From: Candidatus Shapirobacteria bacterium
Lineage (GTDB): Bacteria > Patescibacteriota > Microgenomatia > UBA12405
Reading direction: 5' to 3'
NCBI GenBank assembly: GCA_003542615.1
Contig: DPKG01000014.1
Span: forward strand, 8,521 to 72,520
DNA: 64,000 nucleotides
Shown: positions 54,795 to 64,000 of the stretch, in pieces
Position numbering within the stretch: position 1 is the stretch's first letter
Layout of the letters: every line of letters begins with the position of its first letter
Program-made: the position numbers and the translations under genes
Notes under the pieces: model-generated
Told to the model about the DNA's origin: nothing
Databases searched by the model: none
Seen by the model: only the letters and a program-made list of their open reading frames with translations

Positions 54795-55208
54795 TTATTT
54801 TAGAGTTTTAAACTCTTCATAATATTGAGCAACGATTTTTTTCCATTTGATAGTTTCGTTTGGCGGTCCGATGTTGTTTTTTGAATAAACTAAAAGAATT
54901 TTTACTATTTTATTGACAGTATCTACGGCGGCAATAATACGATTACCTGAAGATTTTGGGGAAGTATGAGTACCAGCCACCGCAAAATCTAGTTTAACTA
55001 TGATGTATTGCCCACAAGGACAAATAATGTCTAATTTTGAATCAGTCGGTTTATTGTTTGGGGCATAGTTGTCACATCTTTCAAATATTGACTTGACTGC
55101 AGAAATTGTAATATCCCACTGTTTACCTTTATATTTCTTAATAAAACCTTTTATATAATGCCTCTGTGCAAAATCCTCGATTAAAACGACATATCCATCA
55201 GTAGACAT
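54795..55208 (-). CDS. Putative RelE/HigB-like toxin
   Basis: KSSGNRII....V.ILLVYSK pattern; overlaps the antitoxin gene. Confidence 0.55.
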   Translation of the reverse strand: MSTDGYVVLIEDFAQRHYIKGFIKKYKGKQWDITISAVKSIFERCDNYAPNNKPTDSKLDIICPCGQYIIVKLDFAVAGTHTSPKSSGNRIIAAVDTVNKIVKILLVYSKNNIGPPNETIKWKKIVAQYYEEFKTLK

Positions 55209-55878
55209 ATTCCGGATCTTGCTGAGTAATCAATTCGTAGGGAATTACCTCACCATCACGGCAAATTTTGTAGGGTAGTTGCTCGTGGGTAAATTTGACA
55301 ATCTCTTCAGTTCTCTTGCCCTGCCATTTTTGGGAAATGTTTTTGATTAATTTTTTTTCTTCAGTTTTTAATAGATTCGGTTTTAACATTTGCCCAGCCC
55401 GGGACAAACTAATCATTTGACTACCGTCTTTTTTAATTTCCAAATTGAGAACTCCTTCATTGATAAGCTCCTCTACCTTGGAAAAATATATGTTTGGGAC
55501 CGGACCTAGTTTTAGCCGGCGATATTTGGCACCGGTCATTGATTCAAGATGTTGGTAATACCAGGCAAAATCGTTTAAATAAATCAATTTAGCTAATTTT
55601 GTTTTGGTAATTTTACCGTCGGTAGCGGCACCATAACGGATAGTTTCCAGCAACACTTCACGGTATTTTTCCTCATCAACAATATCTTCGGATAAAATAT
55701 CTTGAGACTCGCAACCAAGCTTGTCGGCCAGCTTTTTAATCTGGTCAAGAGTAGGCGAACCAATCCCCTTCTCGAGAGCAATAAAAGTAGGTCGGGAAAC
55801 ACCGATTATTTTGGCCATATCTTCTTGAGTCCAATTGTTTTTCCGACGAATGCGGGAAAGAAAATCTTGATTAATCAT
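55198..55878 (-). CDS. XRE-HTH plus DUF4065 (Panacea/SocA-like) antitoxin
   Basis: TQEDMA..IGVSR.T...LEKG HTH; KL.KLIYL.DF, GPVP and TH...PY motifs. Confidence 0.85.
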   Translation of the reverse strand: MINQDFLSRIRRKNNWTQEDMAKIIGVSRPTFIALEKGIGSPTLDQIKKLADKLGCESQDILSEDIVDEEKYREVLLETIRYGAATDGKITKTKLAKLIYLNDFAWYYQHLESMTGAKYRRLKLGPVPNIYFSKVEELINEGVLNLEIKKDGSQMISLSRAGQMLKPNLLKTEEKKLIKNISQKWQGKRTEEIVKFTHEQLPYKICRDGEVIPYELITQQDPEYVY

Positions 55879-55885
55879 ATATATA

Positions 55886-55926
55886 AATAGTAGACTATTG
55901 TAGCACTGGTGTCAATTGTATTGACA
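55886..55926 (-). promoter_or_regulatory. Promoter and operators of the TA operon
   Basis: TTGACA-N17-TACTAT on the minus strand; palindromes AATAGT-AG-ACTATT and TGTCAA-TTGTA-TTGACA. Confidence 0.6.
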
Positions 55927-56034
55927 TGGTGGTGTAAAAAAATTTTATTCATCCTCATATTTATATTGCCAGCCGGGTATGTTTTACATAAAACTAAATA
56001 CTTGATTGTTGATTATTTTAGTCCTATAATACAT

Positions 56035-56682
56035 ATGAAATTTAAACTTTATATGCTTAAAGAAGGATATTTTATTCCAAGGCATGATAAATATGGTCAA
56101 ACACTAAGATCTCGAGGTTTCGTCGGGGTAGAATCTTGGATAACTGCTAACTTGCAACGGCTAACGTTGGGTTCTAATGGGCCATTATTGCGGGATGAAC
56201 TGAATCGGTCAAACAGAGAGCTTAGAGACGTCTTGTCTTTTGGTGGAATTGTGACCTATGACGGAGATATCTTGGCTATTGGATTGGAAAATGTGGTTGA
56301 TGAGGAATTTATGTCGATTTTGCGTGAAAAAGGAGTAATAAAATGCACCGTTTTGAAAACCGAAAAATTACTTGGGGCTGACTTTAATGCTAATGTTCCA
56401 ATAAGACGTCAAACAAAAATAAACTTCTACGCTCCTCAATTGGATAGCCGCTTGTCATACTCAACAAGCAAGGGAAATTCATTCTTTTTTTGCCTTGATC
56501 GCGAAAAGTCTCTCCATCATGAATTTATCCCTTTTGAAAAACATATCGGTGGGGCGATATATGGAATTAAACTTCCGAAAGATATCTCAATCTCAACAGG
56601 TACCTTTTTAAGTCAAGTGCTTGCTGAGGCTTGTATGGAAAAAGGTTTTGGGTATGTACCACAGCATTGTGTCAAAAGATGA
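56035..56682 (+). CDS. Hypothetical protein
   Basis: Likely start ATG 56035 after TATAAT. Confidence 0.55.
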   Translation: MKFKLYMLKEGYFIPRHDKYGQTLRSRGFVGVESWITANLQRLTLGSNGPLLRDELNRSNRELRDVLSFGGIVTYDGDILAIGLENVVDEEFMSILREKGVIKCTVLKTEKLLGADFNANVPIRRQTKINFYAPQLDSRLSYSTSKGNSFFFCLDREKSLHHEFIPFEKHIGGAIYGIKLPKDISISTGTFLSQVLAEACMEKGFGYVPQHCVKR

Positions 56683-56697
56683 ATTCAAACTAATAAT

Positions 56698-57432
56698 TTA
56701 ATCGAACTTATGGCTGGCATGACGATAATTGCAAAATTCACAGTCGGGATTTGAATTGGGGATGGTTTCACTATTTAAACATTCGTGGGCCTTTAGGATA
56801 GTATCTTCAACCCAGGAATCATCACCAGTGTGCTCGACGATAGTCATTTTGAAATTTAGTTTGCCATCAAAGGCGGGTAGGTTTTTGTCGGCGTTGGCAA
56901 AAACAAAAAATCCCCTATTACTGACCTTAAACCCATTTTGCCTAAATAACCATTGATAAAAGTCCATTTGTCTTTTGTATCCTTGCTTATACTGATCCTC
57001 GAGTGATATTTCTTTTTGGGTACTAGTCGATTTGTAATCGACGATATAAAACTCCCCTGCCGGATTTATCCAAACATCATCGACAGCTCCAAAGACATGA
57101 AATTTAGTAGGTTCGTGGTCAACACTTATACCGGTAAAATTGGCTCTCCAGGTATCCATTCGATCGTCTTGATATGGTATGGCGTCAATACCGTATTGCT
57201 CCATCAACTCATGTGTCTGGCCGTTCTTGCGAAGTAAGTCGAATTCTTTTTTCAATAATTCGTCTACTGCTGAATTGAGGGTGTATCCGGGCATAGAAGG
57301 TCTCCCCACTCCTAGGCGTCGGTCCAAATAAAAACATTTGGGGCATTTGACAAAATCTTCAATTTTGCTGCGGCTGATTTGATAAAATTTCGATTCTTCT
57401 GGTTTGTACACTCCTTTATATGATGGGTGCAT
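56698..57432 (-). CDS. PD-(D/E)XK nuclease family protein
   Basis: SRSKI..F..CP.CFY, GAVDD, IVDYKST, QMDFY and CEFC motifs. Confidence 0.88.
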   Translation of the reverse strand: MHPSYKGVYKPEESKFYQISRSKIEDFVKCPKCFYLDRRLGVGRPSMPGYTLNSAVDELLKKEFDLLRKNGQTHELMEQYGIDAIPYQDDRMDTWRANFTGISVDHEPTKFHVFGAVDDVWINPAGEFYIVDYKSTSTQKEISLEDQYKQGYKRQMDFYQWLFRQNGFKVSNRGFFVFANADKNLPAFDGKLNFKMTIVEHTGDDSWVEDTILKAHECLNSETIPNSNPDCEFCNYRHASHKFD

Positions 57433-57435
57433 GGG

Positions 57436-60141
57436 TTATTTTAAAATTTGTTTCTCAAACACTTCTTCAAATTTTTCACGCAATGCGCTGTTTACCTGTC
57501 CTTCGTTAAAGAAAGGCAAACCAATCAAACGAAAATCCTTATTTTCTATCTTCAAATCAACAGTGTGATTTTTTTCAATTTCAATCAATAGTTTCTGCTT
57601 CCATCCTTCTTTCGATTGCTCAAAAGTATTTTGCGCGTCTAAAAATTGATCGCCCTTTGGCTCAACAAAAATTTGGTACATAACTTCTTGCTTTGTCTTC
57701 TTCTCTGTCAAAAACAAAACGAAATCCGGATAAAACGGCTCGCCGTTTTCAAAGCAGTAAATTTTGAAAAATTGCTCGTTGCGAAGCAATGCAATGTTTT
57801 GATATTTTTTCTTTAACTTTATTATTGCCTCATCAATAAATCGCAAAAATGATTCTTCTTCACTCGTTCCCCAGATTTCGTTTTGAGCAAACCAGTCGCG
57901 AGTTCCAAAATCAAAATCCCTCATATTTTGCGCTCGCGGACTTTCGCTATCAAGTTGCAATACCTTGTCATTTTCAAATATTTTTTGGATCAAGTGTGCT
58001 TTGAATTCCTTTGTTCCATAATATTCCTTTTTCTCTTTGCCGGCGATTTCTAGCACTTTATCAATCACAAATTCGGCAATACTCAATTTTTCAATCTGCA
58101 AAAGATTTTCTACTTGCTCACTTGTGCCTTTCACCTTAATTTTTATTCTGCCAAGATATTTTTCGTTGGAAATAAAATCCTTTGCGGATTCTATATTGCC
58201 GAATATCTTTTTTAGCTCATAAAATCGACCGGCAGGTATTTTTGCCAAAGCGGTGCGGACAATATGCGTTCCCAAATCAGCAATTTTATAATCCATAGTT
58301 TCTATTTTTGCCTTTACTCCAGCGCCAGCCCCCGCCACAAACAAATCTTTTTCTATTGCTTCTCGTGTGGGTAGTTGAAAAATGTTTATTTCAGCATTGT
58401 GGTCAAATTCCGCTTTAGCGTCCGAGAGCGCAAAAACATCCTTACCCAAATTCTCCTTGCGAGAATTTAAGAAAATATAACCTTTCTTCCAAAAATCGCT
58501 GTTCTTAAAATTACTTTTGATCTTAATCTCTTTTTGCACTGTGCGTGACGGCATAATACCTTCACGAACCAAAACACTTTCCAATTCTTGGATATAACGG
58601 GGGTTCGTTACGCTGTGATAATAAAGCTGTTCCAAAATCCGTAGTTCGTTTTGTGTGTCGGTATCAAATTTTCGTCTATATGCGTCCGTAAAATCGCCGA
58701 GCGTAAATGGATAATATCTCGCGCCTCGTCCGATAAGCTGTGCCTCTTGTACTGTTGTTTTACCCGGCGTGTTGCTTTTGGCATCACGGCTATTATAGAG
58801 CCGGACAATATCAAAAAGATTCAAAACATCCCAACCCTCATTCAATTTTTCTGTCGCAAAAATAGCGCGAATTTCATTGCTTTGATCTTCCAAAGAATTA
58901 AGTAAAATTTGCTTTTGCTCTAAATCTTTATCTTCATCAACCGTCAAGCATTTTTCCGGCGCAAAATCACTTTTAATTTCTAACACTAAATCCGCCAAGG
59001 ATATTTTTTGCTCATTGAAAAATTGAAATGCTTTTTGCAATGTTGCGTCTTTAATGGCTGTTTGTTGTTTTAGATGTTTTTCGCCGAGTTCAGAAATAAG
59101 TTTATGAAAAGAATTTTTGAAAATGCTCGAAACGACAATTTGCGGATTATGTTCTTTTGATATTCCTTCTTTGGGGATACTTACTCTATTAGCTTTAAAC
59201 ATCACCACCGGCTTCAATGCGATTTTGTACTTTTCTGCCACTTTACGACGATATTGCGAAATAATCACCGCCGAAAGCGCGCGTTCCATAATCGGCGCGT
59301 TAATTTGCAAAGTTCGCACATCTTTTGAAAATCCGTCCAAGCGATATTCTTTCAGATCATAACGATAAATCGCTTTGTCTTTGTATTTTTCCAAAATTTC
59401 AGGATATTCCTGCTCGAGCCGAGCCGTTGCTGTAAATTCCAAAAGTATATTGTCTTTTTGACTGTTTGCGTTCAAAATTTGCACCACTGTATTTTCCCAG
59501 TTTCGGCGGTCTTCTTCTTCGGTTTTACTTATTTTATTATTTGTTTCCGCAGATAGATTGTGCGCTTCATCGGCAATCAAAACAATTTTTTTGTCCGCAA
59601 AATCTTCGTAAGTCAAAACATTTTCGCGAGCGAAATTAAAGCGAGAATGCAAAAGCGCGGTGGTAGAAAAAATAATGTTTATGTCAGCATTATTTACGCC
59701 TTCAAAATTATCTACTTCTTTAATTTTTATTTCCTGTCCGCCAAGCGTGATTTTGTCGGCAAACAAATACTTTTTGGAATTCGGATCAAGAAAATTGGCT
59801 TTGGTCTTTTGGATAATGTTGCCAAGGCGAGTAAAAAAAATGAAATTGCGGTAGCCTTTTTGATAAAAATACAAAAGATTGGCGGCCATGACGAGCGTCT
59901 TGCCCGAGCCGGTCGCCATATTAAACATCAAATGAATCGGCTTTTGTTTTTGGTGATATTCTTCAACATAATAATAAAATCGTCCCAGCGCTTCTTTCTG
60001 ATATTCGCGCGCTGGAAAAGCCGGATTAAGATTTTTCAAAATATCCGTTTTTTCTGTCGCCTTGTTTTTGAAAACATCAGCGCCAGCAAAGTTTTTATAT
60101 GAGTTAAATTCGTCGTAAAGCATTTTATTTAACAAAACCAA
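57436..60141 (-). CDS. res: Type III restriction endonuclease Res subunit
   Basis: MATGSGKT, DEAH, LNEGWDV, QLIGRGAR and PDF...VEPKG motifs; the start may be ATG 60123. Confidence 0.92.
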   Translation of the reverse strand: MVLLNKMLYDEFNSYKNFAGADVFKNKATEKTDILKNLNPAFPAREYQKEALGRFYYYVEEYHQKQKPIHLMFNMATGSGKTLVMAANLLYFYQKGYRNFIFFTRLGNIIQKTKANFLDPNSKKYLFADKITLGGQEIKIKEVDNFEGVNNADINIIFSTTALLHSRFNFARENVLTYEDFADKKIVLIADEAHNLSAETNNKISKTEEEDRRNWENTVVQILNANSQKDNILLEFTATARLEQEYPEILEKYKDKAIYRYDLKEYRLDGFSKDVRTLQINAPIMERALSAVIISQYRRKVAEKYKIALKPVVMFKANRVSIPKEGISKEHNPQIVVSSIFKNSFHKLISELGEKHLKQQTAIKDATLQKAFQFFNEQKISLADLVLEIKSDFAPEKCLTVDEDKDLEQKQILLNSLEDQSNEIRAIFATEKLNEGWDVLNLFDIVRLYNSRDAKSNTPGKTTVQEAQLIGRGARYYPFTLGDFTDAYRRKFDTDTQNELRILEQLYYHSVTNPRYIQELESVLVREGIMPSRTVQKEIKIKSNFKNSDFWKKGYIFLNSRKENLGKDVFALSDAKAEFDHNAEINIFQLPTREAIEKDLFVAGAGAGVKAKIETMDYKIADLGTHIVRTALAKIPAGRFYELKKIFGNIESAKDFISNEKYLGRIKIKVKGTSEQVENLLQIEKLSIAEFVIDKVLEIAGKEKKEYYGTKEFKAHLIQKIFENDKVLQLDSESPRAQNMRDFDFGTRDWFAQNEIWGTSEEESFLRFIDEAIIKLKKKYQNIALLRNEQFFKIYCFENGEPFYPDFVLFLTEKKTKQEVMYQIFVEPKGDQFLDAQNTFEQSKEGWKQKLLIEIEKNHTVDLKIENKDFRLIGLPFFNEGQVNSALREKFEEVFEKQILK

Positions 60142-60853
60142 TAAACCTTAAAAGTTTTTCTCCTTTGTCTGTAATAGAAAAAGCTCCGCCGGTAACCCCA
60201 TTGATCATTCCATTTTGCTGTAAAACGTTGAATACTGTCGCTCTCTGACCTGGATCTATAATAAATGACTGCCACGCAATATTATATGAGTCGTAGGTAA
60301 TAATACTTTTATCTTTTAAATCAAAAAACCATTTTAGAACCCGCTTCGTTGTGTCCACAAAAAATAAAGCGAGGTAACTAAATTCATATATCTCTAAAAG
60401 TGCTTGCTGGGCCATTAGTTGTTCTTCAGTTTGGGCTTTTTCTTGTTTGTTCTTATCCAGTAGTTTTTTGAGCTCATCTACTTTCGCCATTTGCTCTGGA
60501 TTATCAACTGGGAGTTCTTTATTTTTCCCATCAATTTTTACGTTTTCAACTTTGGGCTCTTGCTGTCTTTCATCTGTACCAGGAACTTTTGGTTTATGGT
60601 TTTCCAAAAATATTTCTATTGAGTTATGAAATTTTCTCATAAAAACAAAAAAACCTAAAACTCCTAACGTTGGCCAAGAAAGTAAAATCTGTAGTAAATC
60701 CGTTGTCTGTTTTGCACTGTTTTCATTGTATTTGGGAACGATAAAAATAATTAATGCAACCAATCCAATTACAATAAAAAAAAACAAAACTATGCCTAGC
60801 AAATAAGGCAATTCTTGTTTCCCCCATTCATATATTTTTTTAAAATTACCCAT
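60125..60853 (-). CDS. 2-TM, coiled-coil, winged-helix-like protein between mod and res
   Basis: Two TM, a heptad region and a C-terminal L...GMI......SITDKG motif. Confidence 0.7.
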   Translation of the reverse strand: MGNFKKIYEWGKQELPYLLGIVLFFFIVIGLVALIIFIVPKYNENSAKQTTDLLQILLSWPTLGVLGFFVFMRKFHNSIEIFLENHKPKVPGTDERQQEPKVENVKIDGKNKELPVDNPEQMAKVDELKKLLDKNKQEKAQTEEQLMAQQALLEIYEFSYLALFFVDTTKRVLKWFFDLKDKSIITYDSYNIAWQSFIIDPGQRATVFNVLQQNGMINGVTGGAFSITDKGEKLLRFIGFVK

Positions 60854-62723
60854 AAAATTCTTTGTTTAATTTAATATCTTCCTTACTTACACCATACTCC
60901 TTATCCTCAATCTCGCTCAAATTGACATAAAGCTGGTTTTTATCCAAACACTCAACTAAAAATCTCTTTTGATCAGCAACACTCAAGTCGGCAAAACCTT
61001 TTGCGTTCGCGTCAACCGATTTGGGATCTACTTTATAGCTCAAAAAGGCTGTTTCTTCCATTTCGTTCCAAAGTTTGGAAAGTTCTTTTCCGGTTTTTGC
61101 TTTTTCAATTTTTTCTATCCATTCCTCGTTCCATTTAGCAAGTTCCATATACACAAAATCACCGCCACCTTGCCAATTTACAGCTTTTGAAATTCCACCC
61201 TGTTCACCAGCGATAACTTTTTTGAGTCGTGCTTCTGGTAAATCGTGAATATAATCCATTTGCTCAACACCAATATATTGTCGCCCCATTTTATGTGCCA
61301 CCGCCAAAGTCGTTCCGCTCCCAGCAAAAAAATCTAAAACGAGATCATCCTTTTTACTTCCAATTTCTAAAATTCTATGTAAAAGTTTTTCCGGTTTTGG
61401 TGTAGAGAAATCAGCATTATCGAATAATTCTTTTATTTCTTTTCTAGCATCTTGATTGTGTCCAACATCTTCATAAGACCAAATTGTTTGCGGGGTTACG
61501 CCATCTCTAACTTCAGATAAAAATCTTTTAAGCGATGGCACGCTTTCTCCGTTGGCTCCAAACCAAATTCGATTATCCTCCACAAGCTCATCAAACTTTT
61601 GCTTAGACATTCTCCAGCATCTACTTTTTGGCGGATTCACAATGCGTCCACTTGGCGTAGTAATTGGATAATCGTAACTTACAGAATAAGTTTTGACAGA
61701 TAAATCACTGGATTTCCAAACCCCTCTTGGATCATTGTCAGTATTTTCATATCTTGCATTCATTTCATCAGTTCTTTGAAGTAAGTTAATCTTCCAATCG
61801 TTTTTATTTTTAGCAAAAACTAAAATATGATCATGCATATCTGAAAAATATCTCGCATCATTCTGTGGGGAGTATTTTTTCTGCCAAATAATATTTGCCA
61901 CAAAATTATCCCTTCCAAAAATACCATCTGAAATAACTTTTAAATAATGGGATTCATCATCGTCAATATTGATCCAAATAGATCCCTCTTCGCTCAATAA
62001 TGTTTTCGCGATATCCAAACGATTTTTTATAAAAGTTAACCAAGAAGAATGATTAAAACTATCGTTATAACCAAAAGAATCTTTTCCAGTATTATACGGT
62101 GGATCAATATAAATTAATTTTACTTTTCCGGCGAATTCTTTTTTGAGCGATGCGAGCGCGAGCAGGTTATTGCCTTTGATAATCAAATTATCTTTAATCG
62201 TGCCTTTTACATCTCTGTTGAAGCCGTCCAGTTTGTGTTCGCCTTTTTTGTCTATCCGCTTAAAATTGGTAAAAACTTTGGCGTCTAGCAAGCGATTGAT
62301 GTCGTCCGGCGCCAATGTTTCGTTATAAAAAATCTCGTTTCTTTTTTGGTCCTCTTTGGTCATTCCACCTTCCAAAATACAATCTTTGTATGGCCATGCC
62401 AAAACCACTTCTTTGTTTTCGCCCACATATTCATCACTAGTAGTTAAACCGATTTTATTTTTGAAAGCTGTATAAGAATCCGGTAAAAATTGTTTATTGG
62501 AAACAAAACGGATAAATTTCTCTTTATCAAAAATCAGCGTCTTTTCTACTTCAAAAAAGAAGTGTTGCTTTGTCGCTTTGTCGGAAAGCAAAAGTATGAT
62601 AAGTTCAGGATCATTTTTTCGAGCTAATTCCTGTGTTTGGTTTTTCAAAAGTACGCCATCTTGCGAAGCAAGGCGCTCATCTTTTTTTAATAAATCTGTC
62701 AGTTGTTCAAAGATATTTTTCAT
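60846..62723 (-). CDS. mod: Type III R-M N6-adenine methyltransferase Mod
   Basis: IYIDPPYNTG, TPKPE.LL and LDFFAGSGTT motifs. Confidence 0.93.
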   Translation of the reverse strand: MKNIFEQLTDLLKKDERLASQDGVLLKNQTQELARKNDPELIILLLSDKATKQHFFFEVEKTLIFDKEKFIRFVSNKQFLPDSYTAFKNKIGLTTSDEYVGENKEVVLAWPYKDCILEGGMTKEDQKRNEIFYNETLAPDDINRLLDAKVFTNFKRIDKKGEHKLDGFNRDVKGTIKDNLIIKGNNLLALASLKKEFAGKVKLIYIDPPYNTGKDSFGYNDSFNHSSWLTFIKNRLDIAKTLLSEEGSIWINIDDDESHYLKVISDGIFGRDNFVANIIWQKKYSPQNDARYFSDMHDHILVFAKNKNDWKINLLQRTDEMNARYENTDNDPRGVWKSSDLSVKTYSVSYDYPITTPSGRIVNPPKSRCWRMSKQKFDELVEDNRIWFGANGESVPSLKRFLSEVRDGVTPQTIWSYEDVGHNQDARKEIKELFDNADFSTPKPEKLLHRILEIGSKKDDLVLDFFAGSGTTLAVAHKMGRQYIGVEQMDYIHDLPEARLKKVIAGEQGGISKAVNWQGGGDFVYMELAKWNEEWIEKIEKAKTGKELSKLWNEMEETAFLSYKVDPKSVDANAKGFADLSVADQKRFLVECLDKNQLYVNLSEIEDKEYGVSKEDIKLNKEFYG

Positions 62724-63012
62724 ATGTTTTGATTATACCGCTTGGGGGCTAAAAGCCGGAATTTAAAAACAATTTTTGGTTTGAGAGTATTGAAAGAATT
62801 GATAAGGATATAAATTTAGCGAGGGGGAAAGGTCATAATTAAGCCAAATGGTGGATTTAAAATGGTAAAATAGGGTATGTTTGGTTCTCCAGAATTAAAA
62901 AAAATCCGGATATAGCTTGGGTGAGACGAAACAGTGAAAATTCCAAAGAAGGATTTCATCGGTTTTTTATTTTGAGAGCAGTAAAGGGAGTGAGAATTAT
63001 AGTGACGAAAGA

Positions 63013-63255
63013 TTAGGCTTTGATTAGGGCTAGTTTTTGGAGACGGGAGAGTTTTTTGATTTGAGATTCGGCAATAAGGGCGGAGGAGCGGTCGGGAAAG
63101 GAGGCGGAATAGACTAATTTGACCGGACGGCGGGCGCGGGTGTATTTTGCCCCTATTTTGGGGGAATTATGTTCTTTAAGACGGCGGGGCAGATTGGTGG
63201 TGATGCCGGTATAGAGAGTGTTGTCGGCACAGAGAAGGATGTAGAGGAAGTACAT
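63013..63255 (-). CDS. GIY-YIG nuclease (UPF0213)
   Basis: YIL.C.D.TLYTGIT....RRL.EHN...GAKYT motif. Confidence 0.9.
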   Translation of the reverse strand: MYFLYILLCADNTLYTGITTNLPRRLKEHNSPKIGAKYTRARRPVKLVYSASFPDRSSALIAESQIKKLSRLQKLALIKA

Positions 63256-63267
63256 GAAGAAAAAAGA

Positions 63268-63987
63268 CTATTGGATACAGGCGCCGTCGGTGGAGCCTTC
63301 GAGAGGATAGCTGACGACTCCGGTAGAGGGATCGAAAAGTGAATAAGGATTCCCGTTGTAGCAATAGGTGTCAAAAGTACAGAAAGGATCGCTAGTGGAG
63401 GGAAAATAAAGAGAGGTGTGAGATAAAATAGTTTCGCCAATGATTGAACCGTTTTCATCAAAAATATATTGATAATTGTCCAAAATAAGCGGTTGGTTTG
63501 TCGGTAAAACGTGGTAAATTAGACTAGGTTGACCGTCTTGGGAGGGTGGAAGAAAATTAGAAATTATCATTGTAGAGGTATCAGGACCGATACGATAATT
63601 GATCGTATCCAGAGTGGGATTTTCGAGTCGAATTAGAACAACATCTGCGTTGGGTTGACATTGGGGAGTGATAGTGAAAAGACTTACAGAGGGAGGTTCG
63701 ACGGAAGGAGAATGGCCAAGACACCAGTCAGTGGAGATATCTTTGAGTAAATTACCTTCGGCGTCGGTGTCACCATTATAATCAAAATCACCATGGTCGA
63801 GGTGAGAAGAAAGACTGTTTGATGAGACGCTGATGGCAACCCAGTGATTTTGGAGACCTTTGGTACGATGACAAACTAAAACCTTATCTGATTGGGATTT
63901 GACGGTGGGGACAAAGAAAATTGATAAAGTCAAAATTAAAAAAAGAGATATAAGAAGATTGAAAAAAAGAGGATATGATTTGTTCAT
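63268..63987 (-). CDS. Secreted hypothetical protein
   Basis: Signal peptide; V.VCH.T......I.V......HL.HGD motif. Confidence 0.7.
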   Translation of the reverse strand: MNKSYPLFFNLLISLFLILTLSIFFVPTVKSQSDKVLVCHRTKGLQNHWVAISVSSNSLSSHLDHGDFDYNGDTDAEGNLLKDISTDWCLGHSPSVEPPSVSLFTITPQCQPNADVVLIRLENPTLDTINYRIGPDTSTMIISNFLPPSQDGQPSLIYHVLPTNQPLILDNYQYIFDENGSIIGETILSHTSLYFPSTSDPFCTFDTYCYNGNPYSLFDPSTGVVSYPLEGSTDGACIQ

Positions 63988-64000
63988 GACTATAATGTTA

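Noticed and set aside
56698-57432. Cas4 or CRISPR adaptation gene
   Set aside because: It is a generic PD-(D/E)XK nuclease with no cas1, cas2 or array nearby.
60846-62723. Phase-variable mod (phasevarion)
   Set aside because: No long simple-sequence repeat tract is visible in or upstream of mod.

Overview
Bacterial chromosomal DNA, most likely from a Patescibacteria/CPR genome (probably Microgenomates-like; inferred from gene content, small intergenic regions and apparently leaderless genes), using the standard code 11. From left to right: (1) 1-5.1 kb, an AT-rich accessory island with a divergent SHMT homolog, a P-loop kinase, a broken phosphotransferase, a KsgA/Erm-like methyltransferase, and BpsA-like plus SpeD-like polyamine genes. 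(2) 5-18 kb, housekeeping genes, four tRNAs (Arg-GCG, Ser-CGA, Arg-CCG, Ser-GGA) and clpB with a CIRCE-like operator. Both tRNA-Ser genes are followed directly by one orphan gene and then a conserved 39-nt repeat that resembles a tRNA 3' end; a third copy closes the first island. (3) 18.5-34 kb, the most striking locus, all on the minus strand: one tatC surrounded by five tatA-family genes (four are below the ORF-track cutoff), a block of signal-less phage-structural-like beta-rich proteins with small coiled-coil partners, a 4-TM protein with an internal twin-arginine signal, SH3 surface proteins and an output-less Cache sensor. This is a candidate undescribed Tat-exported, phage-derived surface appendage. 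(4) 34-54 kb, metabolic, envelope and regulatory genes (ECF sigma, QueH, GGDEF, RecD-like helicase, GT-C fusion, TrmH, PepF, DUF2207). (5) 54.8-62.7 kb, a defence island: an XRE-DUF4065 antitoxin with a RelE-like toxin, a PD-(D/E)XK nuclease, and a Type III R-M system with a membrane gene inserted between mod and res. No rRNA, CRISPR array, integrase or transposase was seen. All functional calls come from motif recognition by eye, not database searches.
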